Assembly (NCBI GenBank): GCA_029262005.1
Contig: JAJDAG010000038.1
Coordinates: 180-64,179 of the forward strand
Source: Candidatus Zhuqueibacterota bacterium
GTDB taxonomy: Bacteria; Zhuqueibacterota; Zhuqueibacteria; Oceanimicrobiales; Oceanimicrobiaceae
Reading direction: 5' to 3'
DNA: 64,000 bases
Positions 10,245-19,642 of the stretch are shown here, piece after piece. The notes under the pieces were generated by a model that did not search any database, was not told the origin of the DNA, and was given only the letters and a program-made list of their open reading frames with translations. The position numbers and the translations under genes are program-made. Numbering within the stretch: position 1 is the stretch's first letter; each line of letters starts with the position of its first letter.

Positions 10245-11618
10245 TTGACAGAAATTGCAACGTGGTTTAATACCCCAATTCGTTCTATGATTTTGCTGTT
10301 TTGTACTCTGCTGCTTTTGTTTGGTTTTTCGGCACATTCGGGGCTAGTCGAAGAGGAGCCATTTTATTTGGGCGGTATTCAGATCAATGAACCTGATGAC
10401 TCTGAGTGGGTAAAAACGCTGGATGCGGCAGGCATGAATACGGTTTCAGTCACTGTATATGCACGCCAGGAACAGTGGGATAGTGAGCACCTTTGGTTTG
10501 ATCCAGTCGATACATCTGTGGTTCAGGAAATAAGGGAAGCAAAGAAGCAAGGTCTGAATGTCACGCTGATTTTGCGGACTTTACTGGACTGGAAATTCCC
10601 TGAAAATCATTTTCTCTGGCACGGCATGATTATGCCCAAAACAGATGAGCAAGTGAAAATCTGGTTTGACGTTTACAGTCGCTATGCTCGTAGGTGGGCG
10701 CAAATTGCTCAGCAGGAGGCCGTAGACATTTTCGTGATTGGCAGCGAGATGAATGCGCTTTCCGCCAGTGCTCCGGTTGACTCTTTGCCTGTTCTATTAG
10801 AATATTATCTCAACTCGCAAAAGCTGGAGCGGACAAAGCGCAAGCTGCTTGCATTCTCTGATTCGTTGGAAGAACGGCATTTGTGGGTGCGCGGCCGTGA
10901 CAATTACCAATCATTGGTGGAATATGTTGATGCCCAACAGGCCGCCAATATCGCCTGGGCCAGGCAGGTTTCATGGTACGACACGCCCGATAGTCTATCC
11001 AGGATAAATCAGCGCCGCAAGTTGATCAATGCTGAATGGGAAACGCTTATTCATGAAGTTCGCGGTGTTTACGGCGGTAAATTGAGCTATGCAGCCAATT
11101 TTGATAATTATTTGGAAGTAGATTTCTGGCAACATCTCGACTATATTGGTATTAACGCATACTTTAAACTTCGCGATGACATGCAGTTTGCCGATAACGG
11201 AGCGCTGTTTGACTCGCTGCGGGTTGGCTGGCAAAATGTTTTTGATGAAATCGCTGCTTTCCGCATAAAGAAACAACTTGAGGGTAAACCGGTGATTTTC
11301 ACCGAACTTGGTTATACTTACCGCAAGAACTCCACTCTCGAACCGTGGAATGGCGCTGGTTTTTCAATCGTTACACGTGATAGTACTGAGCGTCTGCTGG
11401 TTTGGGAAGATCAGCCCATTGATTTGGTTGAGAGGTCGCTGGCAGTTGCTGCACTTTATGATGCGCATTTGACCTACGACAAAAGACTGCTACAGGGGCT
11501 TCTTTACTGGAAATTATCCACAAAAAAATATCACATGGTGCACGAACCGTTTATGCTGCACGTTTCCCGGGACTCCAAAGATCCATTGCTTGAAGAGTTG
11601 GCTAAATTTGCGAGATAA
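10245..11618 (+). CDS. Glycoside hydrolase family 113-like TIM-barrel protein, exported
   Basis: 'IGSEM', 'YGGKLSYAANFD', 'LDYIGINAYFKL', 'KPVIFTELGY'; hydrophobic N-terminus. Confidence 0.75.
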   Translation: MTEIATWFNTPIRSMILLFCTLLLLFGFSAHSGLVEEEPFYLGGIQINEPDDSEWVKTLDAAGMNTVSVTVYARQEQWDSEHLWFDPVDTSVVQEIREAKKQGLNVTLILRTLLDWKFPENHFLWHGMIMPKTDEQVKIWFDVYSRYARRWAQIAQQEAVDIFVIGSEMNALSASAPVDSLPVLLEYYLNSQKLERTKRKLLAFSDSLEERHLWVRGRDNYQSLVEYVDAQQAANIAWARQVSWYDTPDSLSRINQRRKLINAEWETLIHEVRGVYGGKLSYAANFDNYLEVDFWQHLDYIGINAYFKLRDDMQFADNGALFDSLRVGWQNVFDEIAAFRIKKQLEGKPVIFTELGYTYRKNSTLEPWNGAGFSIVTRDSTERLLVWEDQPIDLVERSLAVAALYDAHLTYDKRLLQGLLYWKLSTKKYHMVHEPFMLHVSRDSKDPLLEELAKFAR

Positions 11619-11771
11619 AAGGACTTGTAAAGTCGTGAGTGCAGGAAAAATTTCTCCTTTGTAGAAAAACGCGCTCGTTTGGGTGCCGGTGTCTGTTGAA
11701 TATTAAGCATTTTTTCTCTACATTAAACGGCACCACGCTTATGTTTACTACAATGAGACAGAGAAACAAAA

Positions 11772-12404
11772 ATGTTAAGGGCAAAAAATACAATCGATTT
11801 GTACACGGTTCATCCTTCTGTTCGCCATGCTCAATCCATCCTGAAAAATCTTTCAGAAAAAACAGGCAAGCCACTGGCTGCCTGGATTTCATTCTTGCAC
11901 AAGGCAGGACCAAAAGATGAAAAAGAACAGCGAGTCTGGCTCAAACAAAAGTACCGTTTGGGTGGCACAACCGCAGCACTGATTGCCGAGCTGGCTGCGG
12001 GCAGAGGTAGAGAAAAGACAGATGGGGATGGGTATTTGCAGGCCGCTGTGCAGTATGTCGAGAATATGTATTCAGGAGCAAAGTCAGGGCTCCGCCCCCT
12101 GCATGACGTGCTGATTGATTTGGGTCTATCGCTGGGCGATGATGTCAAAATCAGTCCTTGCAAAACCATTGTTCCGTTTTATCGCAACCATGTTTTTGCC
12201 GAAATTAAGCCGGCAACCCGCAGTCGCATCGATTTGGGCCTTTGTCTGAGACACGCCGAAAGTCCGTTGGCCGGGCGCCTCATCGCTAGCGGCGGCCTGG
12301 CTAAAGGCGATCGCATCACGCATCGTTTTTCCATTTGCGCGTTGCAGGAAATTGACCACGAAGTAAAGCGCTGGTTGAAAATAGCCTACGAAATGGATGG
12401 TTGA
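11772..12404 (+). CDS. DUF4287/DUF5655-like protein
   Basis: 'NLSEKTGKPLAAW', 'WLKQKYRLG', 'VFAEIKPATRSRIDLGL', 'IDHEVKRWLKIAYE'. Confidence 0.75.
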   Translation: MLRAKNTIDLYTVHPSVRHAQSILKNLSEKTGKPLAAWISFLHKAGPKDEKEQRVWLKQKYRLGGTTAALIAELAAGRGREKTDGDGYLQAAVQYVENMYSGAKSGLRPLHDVLIDLGLSLGDDVKISPCKTIVPFYRNHVFAEIKPATRSRIDLGLCLRHAESPLAGRLIASGGLAKGDRITHRFSICALQEIDHEVKRWLKIAYEMDG

Positions 12405-12457
12405 ACTCAGCCATGAAGCGTCAATTGTTTAATCACTATACTAAATAAGGAGAAAAA

Positions 12458-14605
12458 ATGGACCGGTATAAACGTTATGTTTTTTTCTCGCTTGTCTTTA
12501 TTTTTGCTTTTGTCGCAAATGGCAGCGCTCAAACAGAGTCGCTCATTTTGCACGCTCCGGATGGCACGGATGTTTCCATAAATCGTGATGCCTACGGTGT
12601 GCCACACATTTCTGCAAAGTCGGAGGTCGGTGTTTTTTTCGGCCAGGGTTTTGCTGTGGCGCAGGATCGGCTGGCGCAACTGGATTTGCACAGACGTGCT
12701 GCCGAGGGTAAGCTTTCAGAGTCTCTGGGAATTTTAGCGCTTTCAATGGATCAGGAGAGAAGGGCAGTAACTTACACTGATAATGAACGGCAGCAACAAT
12801 TCGCCGCGCTGCCTGTGGCGTTTCAGCAGATGTTGACCGCTTACACTGCCGGCGTGAATACTTACATCGATTCAATGGGGCGAAATCCTGAAAAATACCG
12901 CCCGCTCGAATTTGTCGAATCGGATATGGAGCGCTGGACCGTTTACAAAAGCGTTGCAGTGATACAATTTTTAATCCGTATTTTTGGCCAGGTTGGTGGA
13001 GAAGAACTTGACCGTTTGATGGAGTTGCAAGACAACGGCCAGCAGTGGTTGGATGAAAACAGACCCATAAACGATGCCAATGTGCCGACAACCGTCAAAG
13101 GTGGCAATAATGGACAACCACAGAAATGGCATTATTCGGGCCTGAGCATTCGACCCGAAGTGATTCGGACTCTTGACGGCAAGGCGCAGCAATTGCGAGA
13201 GAAGTCAGCACAATTGGGTATTCCGCAAAAGTTCGGTAGCTTTGCTGCACTTATTTCAACCGGCAAATCCGCCACCGGCAATGTCATGCTGCTGGGAGCG
13301 CCGCAGATGGGTGCGCCAACTCAGGAGGAGCCTGCGGTTACACACGAAGTTGAGTTGCAGTGCCCGGCTTTTCACGTTGGGGGCATGACGGTGGCGGGCA
13401 TCCCGCTGGTCATTATCGGCCACACGGAAACGCATGCCTGGACCATGACAAGTGGCATTAGCGACAACAGCGATGTTTATATCGAGACAACTCAGGACGA
13501 TTCTTTCGGTAAATATTTCCACGATGGCCAGTGGCTTGATTTCGAAGTTGTACAGGATACAATTCCTGTGCTGGGCATTGCAGGCGGCTTGCCGTTTACC
13601 CGGCGTCGGACCATCCACGGTCCGGTTTTCGCAGATGACCTGGCCAGTCACCAGGTTTTTTCCATGAAAATGACGTTCTGGAACCAGGAGTTGGACATGA
13701 TTAATTTTGTGCTTGGTGTTATAAAGGCGAAAACTCTGGAAGAATTCGAAGCTGCCGCCGCACTCAATCCAATGTCATTTAACTTGTTTTACGCGGGTAA
13801 AGATCAGAAAATTAAGTACTGGCACATTGGCAAATATCAAGACCGAAGCGATGGGGTAGATCCCAGGCTGCCACACAACGGTGATGGCAGTGAAGAATGG
13901 GGTGGTTTTATTCCGTTCGACCAGCTTCCAAGCGCCGATGTTGGCGCGCAAGATTATTTTGTCAATTGGAATAACAAGCCGGTAGCCTGGTGGAATAACG
14001 GCGACAACATCGCCTGGACGGTGAATACCAATTTTGGCACGCGCGTGCAGGCGATGCAGGATTTCGTCGGGCCGATTAGCGAATTTACTTACGAAAATCT
14101 TAAAGATATACCGCGGCAGATTGTTGATCACGGAACCTACCAACAGGCGATTGAACTGTCACCAGCTACAATTCGTGATGAAAATGTCGTGCCGCCCGGA
14201 CAAAGTGGATTTATCAGCATGCTCGGCGTGAAGAGCCCACATTTTGACGACCAATGGCCGCTGCATATCAATTGGCAATTTAAAGACATGTCTTTTGGCG
14301 AGCTTGTGACAGGTATTGATGCAGGAACAACAAGCGTTCCTAACAGTTTTGTTTTGCATCAAAATTATCCGAACCCGTTTAACCCGGAGACCACAATTGT
14401 TTATGATTTGCCGGAAACCGGCCATGTTCGTTTGCAGGTTTTTAATATTAAAGGGCAACTGGTTGCTACCTTGCAGGATGGGACACAGTTGGCGGGTACG
14501 CACAAAACTGAGTTGAATGGCGCCGCTTTGAGTACCGGTGTGTACTTTTATAAATTAACAACAGGCAGAATTTCGCGTATTGGCAAGGGCTTGCTTTTGA
14601 AGTGA
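12458..14605 (+). CDS. Penicillin acylase family (Ntn-hydrolase, peptidase S45) with C-terminal T9SS/FlgD-type secretion domain
   Basis: 'INRDAYGVPHI', 'GQGFAVAQDRL', putative Ser nucleophile in 'KFGS', 'GAPQMG', 'VNWNNKP', 'VVPPGQSGF', 'LHQNYPNPFNPETTI'. Confidence 0.9.
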   Translation: MDRYKRYVFFSLVFIFAFVANGSAQTESLILHAPDGTDVSINRDAYGVPHISAKSEVGVFFGQGFAVAQDRLAQLDLHRRAAEGKLSESLGILALSMDQERRAVTYTDNERQQQFAALPVAFQQMLTAYTAGVNTYIDSMGRNPEKYRPLEFVESDMERWTVYKSVAVIQFLIRIFGQVGGEELDRLMELQDNGQQWLDENRPINDANVPTTVKGGNNGQPQKWHYSGLSIRPEVIRTLDGKAQQLREKSAQLGIPQKFGSFAALISTGKSATGNVMLLGAPQMGAPTQEEPAVTHEVELQCPAFHVGGMTVAGIPLVIIGHTETHAWTMTSGISDNSDVYIETTQDDSFGKYFHDGQWLDFEVVQDTIPVLGIAGGLPFTRRRTIHGPVFADDLASHQVFSMKMTFWNQELDMINFVLGVIKAKTLEEFEAAAALNPMSFNLFYAGKDQKIKYWHIGKYQDRSDGVDPRLPHNGDGSEEWGGFIPFDQLPSADVGAQDYFVNWNNKPVAWWNNGDNIAWTVNTNFGTRVQAMQDFVGPISEFTYENLKDIPRQIVDHGTYQQAIELSPATIRDENVVPPGQSGFISMLGVKSPHFDDQWPLHINWQFKDMSFGELVTGIDAGTTSVPNSFVLHQNYPNPFNPETTIVYDLPETGHVRLQVFNIKGQLVATLQDGTQLAGTHKTELNGAALSTGVYFYKLTTGRISRIGKGLLLK

Positions 14606-14749
14606 TTTGACGGTTTATTTTGTTGCTTTGAATGTCTTTGTTTAGAATTTTTTGCCGTAAAGTCTTAGTCTCCATTTGGAGGCCAAAACTCCCTTTTCGG
14701 TGGATATTGTGAATCAAATTGTCGGGATTGTAAAACTGAAAGGACAACG

Positions 14750-16021
14750 ATGAGTTTTTCTGCCGCACGCATCATGGTTTTGGGTGCCGGCGCCAGCATG
14801 CAAGGCGTTTTGCATGCCCTCAAAACACAAGGCGCAGAGGTTTACGCTTACTTTACGAAAGAGAGTGGCAATTACAGTCCGGGCCTGGAAGTTGAGTCAT
14901 TTGCTGCAACTGTACATCCCAATTTGTGCTCCTTGTTGAAAGACAGGGAAATCGATTTTGTTATTCCCATGTCCATTGATTGGCACACGACAGATTGGGT
15001 AGCTGAGTTTCTGGAAATGGGCATCCCCATTTTGTCGCCCACCGGCCAGGGCATGCAACTGGAACGTTCCCGTGATTTTGCCAGAGAACTGTGCGTTGAA
15101 TATGACATTCCGTTCCCAAAAGCCTTTGTGGCGCAGAGTCGTTTGCAAGCAGAGCATATTCTCAATCAACATCCAGGCGGTTACGTGATCAAAAACCCTT
15201 TGTGCTCACCCCAAAGTCCGGTGCACACAATATTGTGCGAAACTGAAGAAGATACCAGAAGCTGGCTGCATCAGATCAATTACGAGGAAGGTATTTTTTT
15301 GCAGGAATTTATGGGACAAGCCGAGGCTGGGCACATTGCTTTTGTTAGCGGTGGCGAAATCTATTCGCTGATTAGCAACCAGGAATACAAGCGAGCGCAT
15401 GACGGCAACATGGGTGTTATCACCGGTGCGCCGCTGGGCGGTCTGGTGGAAAAAGATCCGGGTGATAAATACGGACTTGCCCGCCAGCTCTTGCAGCCTC
15501 TTTTGCCCTGGTTCCGAGAGGTTGGGTTTCATGGACCTGTACAGGTGACAGCCATGCAGCGGGATGGCCTGTGGTATGTTTTGGAGTACAATGTTCGCAT
15601 CGGCGTAACTTGTGGGCCGATTATTATGCGCCTTCTAAAGGACCCTGTTCGTGTACTCCGCGATGTGGTCAACAACCGAAAAACACAAATTGAATTTCGC
15701 GAGGAACTGAATTTTGGCTGTTCTTTGACCCTGGCCGGGTACGGTTATCCGTACAGCACAGTGCAATGCCCGTCCTTTCCGGTTCGTGTTCACGGAGAGT
15801 TTGACTGCGACGTCTGGTGGAATGACGTATCATTAAATCAAAACGGCGACTTGTATACAAGCGGTCAGCGTATTGCTGATTTGGTTGCGGTGGAAGCGAC
15901 GCTTGAAAAAGCAATTGCAAAAGTATACGCCAACGTGAGTAAAATTCGCTGCACAAACAGTTATTATCGTACAGATGTTGGCCGGAGTTTGTGGCCACCG
16001 GGGACTGTCGGAAAGAGATGA
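14750..16021 (+). CDS. Divergent PurD-like (GAR synthetase fold) ATP-grasp ligase
   Basis: 'MQLERSRDFA', 'QEYKRAHDGNMG', 'LEYNVRIG', 'YYRTDVG' align with PurD, but the GGREHA, KADGLAAGKGV and GDPE motifs are replaced. Confidence 0.75.
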   Translation: MSFSAARIMVLGAGASMQGVLHALKTQGAEVYAYFTKESGNYSPGLEVESFAATVHPNLCSLLKDREIDFVIPMSIDWHTTDWVAEFLEMGIPILSPTGQGMQLERSRDFARELCVEYDIPFPKAFVAQSRLQAEHILNQHPGGYVIKNPLCSPQSPVHTILCETEEDTRSWLHQINYEEGIFLQEFMGQAEAGHIAFVSGGEIYSLISNQEYKRAHDGNMGVITGAPLGGLVEKDPGDKYGLARQLLQPLLPWFREVGFHGPVQVTAMQRDGLWYVLEYNVRIGVTCGPIIMRLLKDPVRVLRDVVNNRKTQIEFREELNFGCSLTLAGYGYPYSTVQCPSFPVRVHGEFDCDVWWNDVSLNQNGDLYTSGQRIADLVAVEATLEKAIAKVYANVSKIRCTNSYYRTDVGRSLWPPGTVGKR

Positions 16022-16108
16022 TTTTCTGTTCGATTAGAAAAATATAGTTTGCTTCTTCACTCTATATTACATAAATTAACCTTGAAAATTGTAATTGGAA
16101 CTTTCAAT

Positions 16109-17281
16109 ATGCAAGGTTATTTGATTCCACGACGTATTCGCAATGATGTTTTAGCATATCTTGATAACTTTCCGGTTGTTGCGATTCTCGGCCCACGACA
16201 GGCAGGCAAATCTACTTTAGCCCAAAAAATTGTTCAGGATAGAAAACAGACCGTCTATCTTGATCTCGAAAAACCATCAGATTTACGGAAACTGAGTGAA
16301 CCGGAAATGTTCTTCCAATCCCAGGGAGAGCGAATGATTTGTCTGGATGAGATTCAACGGACCCCGGATTTATTTACTGTTTTAAGAAGCGTTGTAGATC
16401 AAGACGGCCGCAATGGCCGGTTTTTAATACTTGGCTCGGCATCTCCGGATTTAATTAAACAAAGTTCAGAGACATTGGCAGGCCGGATAGTTTATCTTGA
16501 ATTGTCACCGTTTGATTTAACCGAAATTCAGAATGGCCATGATAAAAGCCTGACTTCTCTTTGGTTAAAGGGCGGGTTCCCTCGCAGTTTTCTTGTGAAA
16601 AACAATAATATTTCAGTTGCATGGAGAGAAAATTTCATCCGTACTTTTCTGGAACGGGACATTCCGCAACATGGGTTCAAAATTCCTGCCGAATCGTTGA
16701 GAAGGCTTTGGTTGATGTGCGCCCACAATCATGGCCAACTGTTGAATGCCTCACGCCTCGGAGAATCATTGGGGGTCAGCCATTTAACGGTTCGCTCTTA
16801 TATCGATTTATTCAAACAGACTTTCATGCTCAGGGTTTTGCCGCCAATGGAAGTTAATTTGAAGAAACGGCTTGTTAAATCCCCTAAAATTTATGTTCGT
16901 GACTCAGGAATTCTGCATGCTCTTCTTGAAATTGAATCATTTGATGGTCTCATCGGACACCCGGTTTATGGGGCTTCGTGGGAAGGCTTTGCGCTGGAAA
17001 ATATTTTATCTTTGCTGCCACGCTGGCGCGCCGGATTTTATGGAACTTCTTCCGGGGCTGAATTAGATTTAGTGTTAGCAAGAGGGCAGCGGAAAATCGG
17101 CGTCGAATTTAAGGCGTCTAAAGCGCCTAAACTGACGAGAGGCTTTTGGAATTCTATTGATGATTTGGAATTGTCTGAAGTATGGGTTATCGCGCCAATT
17201 GAAGATGAGTATCCGATAAAAGAAAATGTTCGGGTTTCAGGCTTAATGAATTTCCTGGATTACCTTCGGTCGCTTTCTTGA
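16109..17281 (+). CDS. AAA_14 ATPase with DUF4143 domain
   Basis: Walker A 'GPRQAGKST', Walker B 'ICLDEIQ', 'SETLAGRI', 'GGFP', 'KSPKIYVRDSG'; start chosen at MQGYL. Confidence 0.9.
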   Translation: MQGYLIPRRIRNDVLAYLDNFPVVAILGPRQAGKSTLAQKIVQDRKQTVYLDLEKPSDLRKLSEPEMFFQSQGERMICLDEIQRTPDLFTVLRSVVDQDGRNGRFLILGSASPDLIKQSSETLAGRIVYLELSPFDLTEIQNGHDKSLTSLWLKGGFPRSFLVKNNNISVAWRENFIRTFLERDIPQHGFKIPAESLRRLWLMCAHNHGQLLNASRLGESLGVSHLTVRSYIDLFKQTFMLRVLPPMEVNLKKRLVKSPKIYVRDSGILHALLEIESFDGLIGHPVYGASWEGFALENILSLLPRWRAGFYGTSSGAELDLVLARGQRKIGVEFKASKAPKLTRGFWNSIDDLELSEVWVIAPIEDEYPIKENVRVSGLMNFLDYLRSLS

Positions 17282-17313
17282 TCGGTTGATCTATCGAGAG
17301 GATAATTGATTAA

Positions 17314-18459
17314 TTGAAGATGAATGCAAGTTATCGTCCGGCCTGGGTTGAAATTGATCTCAGCCGTTTGCGACAAAACTTTTCGCTTTTCCTAAAGGAT
17401 AAGCCGGCTGCGCTCGGTTTCATCAGCGTTGTCAAAGATCAGGCCTACGGACACGGCATGGTGCAGATTGCAAAAGTGGCGCTTGAGTTTGGCGCTAAAA
17501 GTCTGGCGGTTGCCACTGTTGATGCCGCTATTGAGCTGCGCCAAAGTGGTATCAGTGCACCTGTCCTGGTTTTCGGAGAACGTACGACAGAAGAACTGGA
17601 ATTATGTGTCGCGCAGAATCTGACCTGTTTTGTCAATGACATGGCTCAAGCTGATAATTTAAAAAAACTGGCTGTCTCTGTAGGACAAAAAATGCCTGTT
17701 CACGTAGAAGTCGACTCCGGGCTCAGCCGCTATGGCGTACGCTGGACTGAGGCCCTACCAGTTATCGAATACGTTGCCGGCCTGGAGGGCCTTGTGCTGG
17801 AAGGCGTGATGAGCCATTTCGCCATGTCTGATGAGCTGGATAAGACTTTTGCTTTGGAGCAATTGAAACGATTTAATCTTGTCCTTGCACAAATGGCTGA
17901 GCGTCAAGTCCGGGTTAAGTGTCGGCATATCTGTAATACCGGGGGGTATCTTGATCTGCCTCAGGCACATTTAGATTTTGTCAGAATCGGTATTTTGCCG
18001 TTGGGTGTTTACCCTTCCCAGGTTTGCAGACGAATCCCCGGATTGGAACCGGTACTTTCGGTTAAAACCCGTATTGTCGGCATTCGTGAGTTGCAGGTTG
18101 GGGATTACGTGGGGTATGGTATGCGCTACCTGGCCACAGAGCCGCGCCGAATTGCCGTGCTGCCAATTGGTTATGGTGATGGCTATCCGCGCGTGCGTAA
18201 TCAAGGCGAAGTGCTGCTCGCAGGCAAGCGCGCACCGATTGTTGGCGGCAACGCCATGGATGCCATGATGGTGGACATTTCCAATATTCCACAAGCGAAA
18301 GTGGGGGATGAAGTTGTTTTGCAGGGCTGTCAAGGCGACGACGAAATTGACGTACACGAAATAGCCGGTTTAAAAGGCAGTGTAAGTTATGATATTCTCA
18401 CCGGTTGGCGTTCACGGCTGCCGCGGTTGTACCTGAATGCCGAAAACGTGCGGTCGTGA
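17314..18459 (+). CDS. alr: Alanine racemase family PLP enzyme
   Basis: 'AWVEIDL', PLP lysine in 'VVKDQAYGHG', 'EVDSGLSRYG', 'MSHFA', catalytic Tyr in 'VGYG', 'IGYGDGYPR'. Confidence 0.9.
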   Translation: MKMNASYRPAWVEIDLSRLRQNFSLFLKDKPAALGFISVVKDQAYGHGMVQIAKVALEFGAKSLAVATVDAAIELRQSGISAPVLVFGERTTEELELCVAQNLTCFVNDMAQADNLKKLAVSVGQKMPVHVEVDSGLSRYGVRWTEALPVIEYVAGLEGLVLEGVMSHFAMSDELDKTFALEQLKRFNLVLAQMAERQVRVKCRHICNTGGYLDLPQAHLDFVRIGILPLGVYPSQVCRRIPGLEPVLSVKTRIVGIRELQVGDYVGYGMRYLATEPRRIAVLPIGYGDGYPRVRNQGEVLLAGKRAPIVGGNAMDAMMVDISNIPQAKVGDEVVLQGCQGDDEIDVHEIAGLKGSVSYDILTGWRSRLPRLYLNAENVRS

Positions 18460-18584
18460 AGAGTGTTTCCGGATGCAGGTTGCGAGAAGTGCCGCAGAAT
18501 TCATCGTTCTTTCACATCCGGGCCCAGCACAAGATGCTTTATTTTAAAACTGTAAGGTGTTAGAATTGAATAACTCCGGCTGTT

Positions 18585-18767
18585 CTTTGCGTCTCTGCGT
18601 GAGAAGTTTTTTATGAGTAGATTTGCCTTGTAATAGATTAACCGACATAGGAAAAGATGTTGGCTTGATTCTGAATTGTAGCGAGATACAAGTAGAGATT
18701 AAACGAGAAGTTAGAGAACTGAACGACTGAATTACAGAATAAGAACTCTGAAAATCCTGTTATCCTG
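18585..18767. repeat. Degenerate REP-like/short palindromic element remnants
   Basis: CTTTGCGTCTCTGCGTGAG (18585-18603) and AATCCTGTTATCCTG (18753-18767) resemble short repeats often seen in FCB/PVC intergenic regions; each occurs once in the window. Confidence 0.3.
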
Positions 18768-18827
18768 AGAACAAAGATAGACCGTGGCCCACGTAAATCG
18801 ACCTAGAATCAAACAAAGGTAATCCCA

Positions 18828-19631
18828 ATGAAACTCGTGTTTTCCGAATACAAGTCTGATTACCAGAATTACATATTTCCGTATGCCATTTGGGCCGTTC
18901 CGCAACCGGGAGATACGCCGGCAATGATTTTCGCGCGTGGATTCCTACCGTCTTCAAGTGATTTTGCGCGGTTCTACATGTGCCGACACCTGCGGGTTGA
19001 GCTTAGTAAATTCACCTGTTCGTCTGAAAATCGGCGTATCCTTCGCAAGTGTGATGGCATTGATTGCCGCCTGGTTCCGCGGGCAGACTTTGAATTCACG
19101 GGCGCGTGGCGGGATTTTTGTAAGAATTATGCCGACATCAAGTTTGGCAAAGATGTCATGACATATGAGCGGCTCGATGCCCTTCTGAGCTCGAAACTGG
19201 TCACGCATTTGCTGGTTTTCACTGATAGAGCCTCTGGTAAAGATGTCGGTATTGTCACCCTTTACGTCGAGGAAGAGCAGCTCGCTTATTTCTATTATTC
19301 TTTTTATGACTTGAATTACTATTCACGCAATCTTGGCATGTTTATTATGACTTCTGCAGTTGAATGTTTTGCGCAGCTTGGGAAGCAGTACATGTACCTC
19401 GGAACGTGCTATTCACGCAATGCGCTTTACAAAACGCAGTTTTCCGGCGCTGAATTTTTTAACGGATTTCGCTGGTCGGACAATTTAAATGAGTTGAAAT
19501 ATATTATCGAACGTGACGCCGGTACCGTCACCCAACATCTGGTAGAAACAGACGCGTTTTCCCAAAAATATTACGGTGGCAGTCTGACGAACATTCTTGA
19601 GTTCGATCAGTTTGTGCTGCCTTTTGAATAA
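18828..19631 (+). CDS. ATE1/Bpt-like aminoacyl-tRNA-dependent transferase (GNAT fold)
   Basis: 'RVELSKFTCSSENRRILRK', 'YYSFYDLNYYSRNLG', 'YMYLGTCY...LYKTQF' match the arginyl-tRNA-protein transferase C-terminal pattern. Confidence 0.75.
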   Translation: MKLVFSEYKSDYQNYIFPYAIWAVPQPGDTPAMIFARGFLPSSSDFARFYMCRHLRVELSKFTCSSENRRILRKCDGIDCRLVPRADFEFTGAWRDFCKNYADIKFGKDVMTYERLDALLSSKLVTHLLVFTDRASGKDVGIVTLYVEEEQLAYFYYSFYDLNYYSRNLGMFIMTSAVECFAQLGKQYMYLGTCYSRNALYKTQFSGAEFFNGFRWSDNLNELKYIIERDAGTVTQHLVETDAFSQKYYGGSLTNILEFDQFVLPFE

Positions 19632-19642
19632 AGGAGGTGTCT

